DNA of 63,198 nucleotides, counting the filler, from Hausera hauseri (Eukaryota): NCBI GenBank assembly GCA_046269625.1. It is 12 parts of 12 records of this genome, joined end to end, with 100 filler letters (N's around TTAATTAATTAA, not from the genome) between each part and the next. Parts side by side here need not be neighbours in the genome. Positions count along the whole stretch, not along the records: positions 9,433 to 16,164 come from JBJURY010071328.1; positions 16,265 to 21,397 come from JBJURY010325272.1; positions 21,498 to 28,476 come from JBJURY010046887.1; 9 more parts are not named here. One strand, 5' to 3'. Under the pieces are notes generated by a model, which did no database searches, was not told where the DNA came from, and was given only the letters and a program-made list of their open reading frames with translations. The translations under genes were made by a program, and so were the position numbers. Positions 13,801 to 25,525 of the stretch are shown piece after piece; the first letter of the stretch is position 1; each line of letters opens with the position of its first letter.

Positions 13801-16264
13801 CAAATATTCATAGAGCATGTGTGGACAGAAAGTTATACGACAAAAATAGTTACAAAACGCACCACTGATAAAACTTTATGAACAAATATATCAGCAGCAA
13901 TGAAAGACCACATACTCATTACGATTGATGGATTTTAATTGACATCTTTCACAATAACCGGATGCTTGCCCAAAAATAATCCGTACAAGATACAATAGTA
14001 CGACGCGGGATTGTTTCCATGTTCATAACTTCTATGTAATTCGGAGATCCATTCTTTAATCTGAGACGCCCAACACATTTGCATTTGTTGCTTAATGATC
14101 ATATGTTTGATAACATTCTCTGCATTGGATAATACTACCAACTTTCTTTGGCTCCTTGAAAATCTGAAAGGAAGTCTTGAGGGAAGCGATATCGATAAGG
14201 ATTGATTTTGACTAAACTTTTCGGTTTTTATTTTAACAAAAGGCCAATTTGTTATGTAAGTCATTTTCATCAATTCTCGTACAGACTACAATTAGTGTCT
14301 TGTTGTCTGGTGCTTAGCCATTGATGATTGGCCTTTGATTCGGTAGAATTAAATACAGGTGTTCTGTTTTACATGCAAATTAGGTTTGTCATAAGGTTCA
14401 TATTTCAAATATTCTTTTAAAATGACGTCATACACGAACGAAAGAAACAAACTTGTGTCATGTTGCACGAATCTAAATTCATCATTGTAACAAAACCTTC
14501 AATCATTTCAAGTCCACTATGCAGCCAACGCAAATTGCATGTTTCTCGTGTCAAACGACATGTATAATCAAACGACTGTGCAAATGAACGTGTGGCCCTA
14601 ATTCCTGTTGATACCGATTCAGAGGTAATTTCGGGTAACCAAGACCGTCCCAGCTGAGATAAAGTTTTGAAATATGTAACACGTTCTTGTTTAACGTTGG
14701 ATGGAACGGTCCATCGTTCTCCAACTTCCTCAATTCGGACAAACGTATTTCGACATTGAGGGATGATTGACGGTGGTGGCGCATTAATTTGCTCTAGTTT
14801 AAGTTTGGTAATTTGATCTTTTACTTCGATCAATATTTGGTAGTAAAATTTGAAAATCTGATTCAAAGAACAATACGACTTTATTTCGATTTTACCGATA
14901 AGTTGAAAACTACAGTGACAAGGCAAAAAAACTGTCTAGTGTACGGACAGTTGAATTAACTGTTGTTCGAGAAGTGCTTTGTGAACTTCTAGCGGACACG
15001 TACAAATTAAATGATTCTGTGTCGGTTTTATATGATTTTGCATCTGATGAGCCAAATATTGGCTAATATGAATCTGCGGTGGAATGGGGAATTGTTGAAT
15101 TTTCCATTGATTCAACGAACCGGTATGATTAAATGGCGGATTAATTAAATTATCCACTTTCGTATTCGACATTTGATGGCGATTATTTGACAACTGTGGA
15201 GACATTTTAATATTACTCCTGTCAATGTATTGCTGTTTATTGTTTCCAACACTTCGCACTTCGCTCACAAATTCATCTAAAGTATGATTTGTAAAAATGT
15301 TTTAAATGGAAAAATCCTTCATTTGAGAACATTCTAAAATTGGCCAAATTTCGTACGCAAAAATTAAGAATGCAAAATTGAAAATCATTCAATGAAATTG
15401 GGAACGTCTAAGTAATGTAATGTTTGCTATTGAAATGCTGCTCAGAAAATTGGTTATAATCTCATGCGCATGCAACTCCTTCACGACATAAGTAGTAGTC
15501 AAAAGCAATTATGCAAGTCGAATGATCGTTCATAGGAAAATATTTTCTGGTCCTTTGGATTGTTTGTCTGTCCGGACAATACTTACCTCAGCAAGTATGT
15601 AGTTCTTAATTTCCATACATTAAATGTGTCCCGACATACACACAAACACACCAACACGACTACAAAAGTCGGTGTGTGTGTAAATTTGTGTCTACCAATA
15701 CATACTGGACACAACCAACATCGTATGAATCAATATGCTAGAGTCATAATGATTTTCTTCGTATCTCCACAAATATTTATTTTATCTAACCACTTTTGAT
15801 GTTGGATTCCGTATAATGTTTCAGTAATTTTTTGATTTAAAGTTTCTTAATTTTATGTCATCGTCGTCATACTCACAGACTTATTGTCATTTCTAATAGA
15901 AGCCAAACGTGGAGTTATTTAGATTTCTTAAACAAATCTAATCGTTCAATTTCCATTAAGAAAATGGATCAGTTTGAAAATAAATGATTGGCTTGATGCG
16001 TATATCCAGACGGTACAAGCCACTAACACTCCCACCTCATTTTTATTATATCTTTGTGAGAGGAAACTCCTATGCAATCTAAGCAAAGAGATCTGAATAC
16101 TTTTCCTTTCATAAACGAAATGTTTTAGTTATACGCATCTATTTTACACTAAAAACAAAACTACNNNNNNNNNNNNNNNNNNNNNNNNNNNNNNNNNNNN
16201 NNNNNNNNTTAATTAATTAANNNNNNNNNNNNNNNNNNNNNNNNNNNNNNNNNNNNNNNNNNNN

Positions 16265-16715
16265 CACGCACAAACTTTCTCCATTTTCGTTTATTTGTCC
16301 CAAGTCCATTGCAACCCATTATGTCTTCATATCCCTTATTTTCGTCTCCAATGTTTGCATTCAGATCTCCCATTATGAAGTTTACATATCTCGATAGGCA
16401 TTTTGTGCATACAGATTCCAGCTTGCTGTAAAATTCTTCTTTAGTTGTTTCATCACTTTCATTTGTTGGTGTATAACATTGGATCACGTTCATGTTGATT
16501 TTCTTTCTTCTTTTTGCGAAAGGATGCAATTATAATTCATGGGCCTTATGCTTCCCATCCAATGAGCGCTTTATGTGCTAGTCTCAAAAACATCAGTGCT
16601 ACTCCCTGGGCATGCGATGAAATGTCCTCTTCATGACCTGAATATATGATTTGTTCCCCTGCGCTCTTCTGTCCTGATCCTAGCGCCTTGTTTCACTAAT
16701 TCCTAATATATTCAC
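16265..16715 (-). mobile_element. RTE-clade LINE, AP-endonuclease fragment (degenerate)
   Basis: NILGISETR...IYSGHEE...IQCYTPTNESDETTKEEFYSKLE...IMGDLNANIG. Confidence 0.85.
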
Positions 16716-18554
16716 CAAAATGACCACCACATAAGATTCCAAATGGGTTAAATTCAGAGGCGTACTGACACTTTCGCCAACTGGGGCGAGGTAGCCTTCC
16801 AAATTTACCCAATAACGTTTACATTTGTTAAAAAGCAAACGTTTACAGGAGTTTCAGCTCACTACGGCAAGGATTGTGTTCATTTGGCTGACTGATGTTT
16901 CTTATCAGTAAGATCAGAAAGAGACAAACATCTATGATTGGCCATATTTTAAGCTCTGGAGAACTTGCTCACCACGGGCAAAGTACCAGGAAGTAGAAGC
17001 AATGGACGACACAGAATGAAGTGTTTGGTTGGTTTGAAAGAATGGCTCGGAAGTAGGTCAAGAGCAGAGATGATTGGGACACCAGGAATCGCGAGAAATG
17101 GAGATCCATGACAGCCTACCTTCGAGGATGCTACCCGATGATGATGATGCTATGACCACGAGGTTTTCGTGCAACAAATAAACACGTAGGAAGCACACAA
17201 CTGGAAACACACTGCACTTACCATCTAAAGTAAATCCTTCAGCTGCTAATTCCCGTGTGCTTATCCCACAAATCATGCGATTGTTTCCGAAAGTGGAATG
17301 ACGCCTTTCTTCTGTCATGAAGATTCCTGTAGGTAAAGCGATCCTGTCATCCTCGCAAAATGCTTCTGACAAACTCCTGCCTGGCTTCAGTTTTACAACA
17401 GATTCCAGCTCAGATTTTGATTCTTGATGAGAATGCTCGGAGGTATGTGTGTTCTGGTCCCTGCTAGCAGGTGTACATGGTTCAAGTGACTGTGAACTAG
17501 AGGCTGCCATTCCTGTTTTAAACCTATTTCTATTTTAACAAGATCAGTTTTTCTTGGAATATGTTGCTAGTCAAATGTTACTCCCTGAAATGTTTATTAT
17601 TGTACAGCTCTTCATATTATTAGTAAGATGTCAGAGCTGGTGTGTTTTTTTTTAATTAGTTAGATTATGTTTGAGGAAATATCTACGAAATCCCCAAGAC
17701 AACAGTTTTAGAGCTATTGGATTTACACTATATGTCACACGCCTATTCTTGTGTTGGATTGAAACAGTCTGTACCTGCTATGCTCTCTTATTTATGCACT
17801 TAATCGTATTACATTTTTTAGCCCACTCAGTCCCAGTGTTAGTATTCAATGTTTCACGTGACCTGAATGTTTGCCTCTTGTGCCCTGCTCTCTCTTTTGA
17901 GTGTGGTTAAAAGGGTCCTGCAGTATAAATTCTGAAACTCAAGTGGCTGTCAGCATTTACAAACCGATCAGCTTTATGAAACTGGGTGTAACAAACTATC
18001 GACATACATTGTAAAAACTGGAAAATTTACAAATTTGTAAAAAGTGCTAATTAAAAAAAAATGTTCACATTGACTTTACGTATGACAGTCTTTCTACTAT
18101 CTTGAAAACTACTAGAGTGTTCGACGAGGTAGTTAGCAATCAATCCATATCACACGGTGCGCTCGGTTTGTTAATTGTTCAATGTCTCATTCTTACATTA
18201 TCTGCTGGAAGTCTCATTGACTTGGAAAGACTGATGGTTACCCGATGGTCAAAATGGAACCGCACTGGCTTGTGAATTCGGGAATGAACGTTTTAAATTG
18301 TTTATCTTACACGCTCTTAAATCTCTATCTCATCTGTACTCTGTGCTTGGTTACAACTTTTCTTGTCTTCTGTTATGTCTTTTCTACACCTTTTCTAAAC
18401 TTGTTTAAATATTATTGTAGATTTTTTAATCTTATAAAATTAATGATCAGCTGTATATAGTTGAAGAAATACAAACAACAACAACAAAATAAAAACTCCA
18501 GCAGAAAACGTAAATAACAAAATGAAACATATATTCGATAACTTTACTGAAATG

Positions 18555-19974
18555 CAGTGGCGAAGCATGGAATGTTTCAAAGTGTTAGCGTATTACATTA
18601 TTTGTCCAATGTTAACCCATAGATTAAGAACAGTTTTTACCAGAGGATCTTGAAGAAAAAATTCCAATGCTTTCACCAGGATTTGAAATTATTTAACTAT
18701 ATAACTTGAATTAAGAAATAGTTTACCCCTGTCCTCTTGTGGTTTAAACTTCTTAAAGGAAATGAGTGACTAAATAACTTCTATGACTCAGTCCCACCTT
18801 TCCCCATAATAATTTTTAAATACCTAAGCAACAGTAAGTACACATCCGTTCGTCTAAACTCCGACCTGTCAACGGTCGGCGAACTGCTAACAATGTATAC
18901 ACTTCGGCAGTTAATTTTAAGAATAAACATTTTACGGGAATGACTGATAATCACAACAATACCCTAGCGCCCTCCCCTTCAGTGTTAGCAGACAAGAAGT
19001 GTGATTTCGTAGGCTAGCAGTAGGGCTGAAAACAAAGCTTTTTTTTCCTTTTGAAATTGAATGCTGCTTGCCGTAAAATTCTCATCGTTTACAAGAGTTT
19101 TTAAATTTAATTTTTTACATTTAACATTATATATTACGCTCATCTTTTTTCCTTTTTGTAAGCATTGCTAACGCTGTGAACACGGGGGCCTCGCTACCGC
19201 TGAAATGTTCAGCATAAATCCACTTAAATAGACTTAAACGAAGAGAGGCATATACAAAGTGACAGAGAAAGACAGACTGACAGAGAGATGTTTGAATTGT
19301 TAAACGCGTCAACTTTATTTCTACACTTACTTGCGCCTCCATGTTCACAAATTTAGCAATGCTGACAAAAAGTAAAAATAGGAAAATAATATATAATGTC
19401 AAACATAAAAAACTAAATTAAAACAATCTTGTAAACGACGAGAATTTTACGGCCAGTAGCTCTCCACTGAAAAAGGAAAAAAAAAAGCATTGCTGTTAGC
19501 CCGTGTCAGCACTTCTCCCTCGCCCCTTTCTATCAACGTTAGCATGTTAACTTGGATGCGGTGGTGTGCTGTGGGTATTATTGTGATTATCGCTCATTCC
19601 CGTGACGTGTTTCCTTTATAAAAGTAGCTGCCCGCAGTTAACTCAATGTTAGCGAGCTTAGGAAATGCTTACAGGTCAAAGTTCAGTTCAATGCTTGCTG
19701 CGTTTAAAAATTATCACGAGGGAAAGGTGTGACTGCATTATAGGAGTTACTTGGTCCCTCATTTCTTTCAAGAAGTTTAGACCAGAAGAGGACATAGGTA
19801 AACTATTTCTTAATTTAAGTAATATAATAAAATATTTTCAAATCCTGGTGAAAGTACTGGAAATTTTTTTTCTTCTCGATACTCCAGTAAAATCTGTCCT
19901 TTGATCTATGAGTGTGACATTGGACAAACAATGTAATGTGCTAACACTTTGAAAAACTCCACGCTCCGCCACTG
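18555..19974. mobile_element. ~1.4-kb non-autonomous foldback DNA transposon with CAGTGGCG termini (hAT-like)
   Basis: The left arm from 18555 aligns to the reverse complement of the right arm ending at 19974 over most of the element. Examples are ctttcaccaggatttgaaa, aattaagaaatagtttacc and gccgtaaaattctc.tcgtttacaaga. The 8-nt flanks match only 5/8. Confidence 0.85.
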
Positions 19975-20364
19975 CTTACTTGCAATACATGTTGTCATCA
20001 AACAGTGCATGGATCTTGCATATGTGTGTACATTAATAACATGTGGCCAAACAAAAATCAGAAAACATCTGTTTCACATATCATATCACACACTACCATT
20101 TCTGTTAATTTCTTCTAATTTCATTCTAACCTCTAAATTACACTGGGCTAATGATTTATTTTTCAGAAGAGTACTTACAATCACATCCCATAACTGTTTA
20201 TATTCATTTGTCCTGGTTTAAGCATACGGTTCTTTAAATAAAACGGAATTGTTTTAAGGAAAGGAAAGAATCACTAATGACAGTTTTTTTTTAAATGTGT
20301 CGTAATACACAGTGCTTGGAGAGAATTCCGGGGTGCTATATTATCCCTCTGCCATCTGTGCTTA

Positions 20365-20580
20365 TACCTTGACGTGGTTTGGCAGCTTGCGTACCCTGAC
20401 AACCCCCAGAGCTATGCCAGCGGGAGTTTTACTCCTGGTAGGTTCAACCAAGCTGGACAGGTCTGCGTGGGGTAGGGGTCTGACAAAAGTAAGCACACTG
20501 GTCCTCCAGGTTGGGGGTTGGTGCACAGGGCTGACGACCCGGTCACTGTAAAAGATTAACTGTTACGGAAACAGCAACTG
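20365..20580 (+). mobile_element. Probable 5' UTR of an RTE-clade LINE
   Basis: The motif series gcttgcgt..c.ga..acccc.agagctatgc..gcgggagt...actcctgg.agg...ggtcctccaggttgggggttg...gggct.ac.acc...tgttacggaaac resembles RTE-family 5' ends as I recall them. No ORF follows. Confidence 0.5.
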
Positions 20581-21497
20581 AAAGTACATAACGGACAAGA
20601 AGTCATTACTAGTAGGTGAATCGCCGTTGAATCTCGACAGCAACAAAAGAAACGTGTACGTATTGTTACAGAGAAACCCGTAGAAGATGTCATGGTCCCA
20701 GTGTTACGCACTGTACCTATTTTGGATAGGAATTAGACTTGCATGCTTTGGATTTACATCAAACCGCATTACCTGCCACTGAGTCGTTTTTCCTTTGATA
20801 CCGTGAAATACTTTTAACCAACGAGATGGCCAAAAGGTTCCATTTATGAGTGGAACATCGGTAGTCACGATACATTTTCGAACGAAGAGACATCCTGATT
20901 TCCAATAAAGATGGTTAGGCACAGCCCTTTATGTCGAAACGCCGATGTATGCGGAGACTTTTACTGCAATCACGCCGGAGACGGGATTCTCGTTTTTGTC
21001 GGTGGTAGATAGCAAAGGGGAAGAGGGATTGGAAGTTTCTTTAGCGGCTTGGGCCGAGTGGTCCTCCTATGGCTAAATACTAGATATAAAGCATTATTCC
21101 TGGAAGAAGTGATCACTGGTTGTTAGGTCGCTCAGGACGCCTTAGCCGGCGGAAACGTCGGATAATCCTTTAGAGGCCGATTCAAAGCGGCCGGACAGAG
21201 ACTGCTGCAAGGAGAAGTGAATCATGTGGCAGGCAACCAATCGGATAGCGGCATCCGACATAAAAGAAAAGTTGCCATGTCAAGCGAACCTTTCAGAAAA
21301 AGGATAAACAGACAGCCACCTCGAATATTTCTCACACCTAGTCGAAGTAAAACCGGGGGGGGGGGGGGGGGAATTCAAACATCTTTTCTCAAACACCNNN
21401 NNNNNNNNNNNNNNNNNNNNNNNNNNNNNNNNNNNNNNNNNTTAATTAATTAANNNNNNNNNNNNNNNNNNNNNNNNNNNNNNNNNNNNNNNNNNNN

Positions 21498-22344
21498 ATC
21501 TCGAACCATCAGAAGATATCTAGCACTGATGAATTTGAAGAGTCATATGGCTGTAAGAAAGCCATTTGTAAATGCATGGCAATTACTCAGGCATATTAAT
21601 TGTGCAATAGCTTATCTCCAAAAGCAAATGTGCTTTTGAAAAATACTTTGTTTATAGATGGGTGTTCCATTCCACTTTTCAGTTGTGGAAACGAGTATAC
21701 AGAGGCCCTAATGAGACTTTCTTACCACAGCATTTCCGATCCACGGTAAGTCATGACGGATCTGTTATGGTATTGGGATCGTTTTTCTACAAAGGTGTAG
21801 GACAAATGAGGATTCTTGAGCCCGGATGCAGAATGAATTCTGCTTGGTATTGTTCAATCCTACAAAAGGAGGTGTCTAACACCTTGGAGGAACATTCAGG
21901 TGGGTCTGCCAGGGCTAATTTTCAAGATGACGGGGCACTCGGCCATTGATCCCTGTTGGTGAGGAGAAAGTGCCGACAGCTTGGAATTTCGCAAATACTT
22001 TGGCCAGGGCAAAGCTCCGATTGTAATCCGATTGAGAATATGTGGTCATTCCTCAAAACCAAGGTGCAAGCGCATTGTTCACGAATTTTGAATGAACTGA
22101 ACTCAGCGATTCTATGTGTGCGGTCTCACAAGATTCCACTATGATATTGCTAGGGCCTTGTAAATTCCATGCCTTCTCGATTGAAACTCGTCGTCCAGCG
22201 ACAAGGCTTCCCAATAAAGTATTAGGCATTTGTACCATTCTTTATTCATTACTTAAAGATTTGCTTGTTTGGTGGCTTAAATTTTCTGAAATTACAGAAA
22301 ACTTGCATTTTGGCTTGATGTTCTTAATTTAATGTCCGGCACTG
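21498..22344 (+). mobile_element. Tc1-like transposon, 3' part with degenerate DDE transposase and right TIR
   Basis: SRTIRRYL..RKPF / TVSHDGSVMVLG.F..KGVG / FQDDGALGH / WPGQSSDCNPIENMWSFLK. The element ends ...AATGTCCGGCACTG followed by TA (22345-22346). Confidence 0.9.
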
Positions 22345-22346
22345 TA

Positions 22347-22420
22347 AATTTCGATGATTGATCCCGCATCAATTAGTGCACAGACTTCCCAGACGTCAAT
22401 ATAAATTTTAGTGAAGGCCT
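22347..22420 (-). pseudogene. Retropepsin-like aspartic protease N-terminus, truncated by the Tc1 insertion
   Basis: GRP[frameshift]FTKIYIDVWEVCALIDAGSIIEI. The DAG codons GAT GCG GGA (22362-22370) are one transition from DTG. Confidence 0.6.
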
Positions 22421-22789
22421 TCCTTCTATTATTGTACCTCGCATTTCATTCATTTTCCATCATACACCATAGTGTTTTGTTACTTCATAAGGGTCCTCAA
22501 AATTAGATGGTTTTCTACAGATTTCTGTTTGATACGATCGCTTATCACAGTCTTCGAATACTGATGCGGTAGAAAGTAAGATTGGCAACAGAGGTTTTAT
22601 GATGGAATATGCTTTATGTCTATTTATTCTGAAGACGGCGTTTCCTCCCTTAGGCTCGTCATTATCTGAAATATTTCTTCGCGTCATTGATTTCTCAACC
22701 TTGCGTTTCAGTCGAAATATGAGTCTTGCTCGAAGTTTATAATTATAGTAGCCGACATGGCGTTCAACGTCATTTTTCCATCGATTTTC

Positions 22790-24581
22790 TTCGTATGCTT
22801 TAAGTATTTTACCAAACGGTATGATAATTGCTGTTAAAATGTTACAGGAAAATTCTGTTAGCGTGAATATTTCGTACCCATTTATAACCGCTTTAATTAC
22901 CAGATGTAGCTTGTTCAAAAATTAAAAATCTTCCCCATATTTTGTAGAGTATTTCTGTGGTTACCCGTTGGTAATGGTTCTCACCAAGCAAGGATTCCTA
23001 TTTAGCCTAATATCGGGTATCGTCTACTACTGATGCCAAGACTCGGTTTAATTGGTGTGTTTGCTGTCGTGCAAAAGCAAGAAATTGTCGAAAAGCTTTG
23101 ACCTCTTTTGGTCGATAAATGTTTTTTGAAACGTATCTTGGAACTTGTCGTCAGTAATGCCTTTTGCTAAATTAGTTCCAGTTAGTTTTTTTAGGAATAA
23201 TAGTGACACTTCCATTGGGTAAGCTAACCCAATCCGTTTCGCTACGCCTAAACATCGGTTCACCCAAACTTGCTTTGTAATCCTTTAATATTGTAGGTTG
23301 TGTTGCGTTGTCTAGCAATACTATAGTGAGAGGCATGGCTAATCGTGGAGTGTTTTGGTGGATTACAGGTAACTCTTGTATACATCGCTTTTCTTCAACC
23401 TTAATTGGTACATCGCTTTTCTCGCATTCATAAGTTAGTAGAACTTCACCAGTAACTCGACCAAAAATTCCTTCTCTCATGGGAATGATCGGTGATGCTA
23501 ACTCCGAATTCTCATAAATAAGAGCTAATTTTGTTCTCATAATTTCCGTATCCAGCTTGCAGTCATTAGTTATCATTTTGTGGTATAGTTCGACTATTCC
23601 GACTTGTCCTTTATAATAAAAATAATCGTTTCGGTTTTTCAGATAGTCTTCGATTCGAATGTTTTGCGTTTCTAGGTTGTATGTTTTTGCGTTTATCTCC
23701 GTTTCTGCGACGAAAAACGCTTCGTAATTAGTGGTGAACATTACTACTTCACATCTTGAAATCATTTCCTTTCTGATGAATTTCAATCAATGTTGGTCAG
23801 GGACTAATATCGTAGGTGTATAATGCTCTGATACGTCTTCACGTGCTCTTGAACTGATGTCGGATTTATCTACGTATGGTTTCTCGGTAGTTTCCTTAAA
23901 TTTCAATTCTTTGATCTTAATAAATTTACAGGCTTTCCCGGTAGGCGGTTCCCATATGACGACAGAACTTCTGAAGGCAGAAGTTCCGTCTTGCATGTGA
24001 CATTTTTGATTCTCAGTATATAACTTAGTGATGCTATGGAACATTACTTTTTGGACTCGAATCTTGGATTCGTAAAAGTCTACTACTACTACATTTACTT
24101 CCAATCCTTTTCCGGTATCGTATTCCGTTCCAATACAGTGCCCGTTATTCATATTTAGCCTTCCGGCTACAATCTTATACGCTCTGATTATTTTTCCGGG
24201 CTGCATTTCTAATTCCATGCTATCGCATTTCAGTCTTCCGGTTTCTCGGGCTTGCTTACAATGTTGTCTTTCCACATATATTGGAATTGAAAGGGTTGTT
24301 GGTTTGATTAATGAGAAATGTCCGTGCATCAGTCCACAATGGAAGATGCTACAAGATCTTCTCAGCATACATCCCATGCCATCCAAAGATATCAACTCTT
24401 GTTGTTGGTATAGAAAATAGGTCTTCTCTTTTGTTTCCAGTTTATGTGGTCTGGCATCTTCACATGCTTCTAAGTCCATTAATGAATACTTTTGTCCAAG
24501 TTTGAATCTATCACAATCGTAAACGGTAACAGCACCCATTTGTTTTATTAACATCATTATGGTGAGCAAACTGATTAACCA
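22790..24581 (-). pseudogene. Chuvirus/Jingchuvirales-type fusion glycoprotein (env-like), ~600 aa, decayed
   Basis: Signal-like WLISLLTIMMLIKQMGA|VTVYDC..YSLMDLEAC, then C.L.RS.SIFHCG..H.S, C..A...G, GHCIG, VIW......C, C....TTNY, Y.....C.L, GEVLLTYEC...V......CIQELPV......P.T, PMF.....W and KIWGRF.IF...SG / INGYEIF....FS..ILTAI. This matches the cysteine and motif pattern of chuviral glycoproteins. Confidence 0.8.
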
Positions 24582-25299
24582 ATTAGATTAGTTCTTCAGG
24601 TTGTTGTTATTTGTTGTCGTCAAGTTGCGTATGACGTTTTCGAGTCTATTGTTATTTCTCTTGTCTTCTTCCTTGTCAAACAATTTTGGCCAATTTACTT
24701 CACACGGGAGTTTTCTAGACTTTTTACGTGCCAAACTCGTAGCTCGATTTAGTTCATTTTCTCGATTAGGATTTGTCTTAATTGCCAAATACAATAATAC
24801 TTTTCTCAGCTCTTCTATCGCATTATACACCATGATCTTCTAGACTATTGCGTCTTCAGTTAGGCTACTTTTTGACAGTCTGAAACGCGAACTTCTCACT
24901 GTTCTAGCTGAGTTAAATATTGCCTTTTCTTTCTCGTCTAATGTACCTCCGCGGAGACTCGAATAATTTACGATACGTATTAAATTTTTTCACTAACTCG
25001 CTTAATTCTTTATTATCTGTACTGAGAATAGGAATCGACACTTATCTTAATTCTCTAATTAGTTTTCCGTTATAGTCAATTTCTTCTCGGGTCTACGTGG
25101 GTCTGCCTACTGGGCGTTTCGGTTTCGGAGCATTCGTTGGCATTCAACTTAATGGTACTAAATTCTTGTCATATTGCTCTTTGTCTTCATCCGTTTGTAA
25201 ATACTCGAAATACATTGCAGGGTCTCGTACTCCCCAGATTTGTCCTACTCATTGTTCCGTTTTAGCCTTCCGTGTGGCTTCTTCTTTCGTCTGTTTATT

Positions 25300-25525
25300 G
25301 GCTATTATTGCTATTATCCGATTTGTTTTGTCGGGAATAATTCCGACATCTATTAACTGTTCTAAATCGTCGAGTATTCTTCCGCTAAAGTAAAATCTGT
25401 AATTTAGCTCATTTGTTCCGCCATTATTTAGTAACCATTCTCTTACATCCTTTACGTAGGACTGAGTAGTTAACTCATTCTTTTTTTTCCATCCAGTCGG
25501 ATGATATCATTACTTTTATCACTAC
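25300..25525 (-). other. Ubiquitin-like domain within the retroelement polyprotein (copy 1)
   Basis: VIKVMISSDWMEK[fs]NELTTQSYVKDVREWLLNNGGTNELNYRFYFSGRILDDLEQLIDVGIIPDKTNRIIAII, compared with ubiquitin [21 protein letters not shown]. Confidence 0.65.

Noticed and set aside
17058-17510. 150-aa ORF as a recognisable gene
   Set aside because: No family motif was recognised. It may be an exon but cannot be supported.
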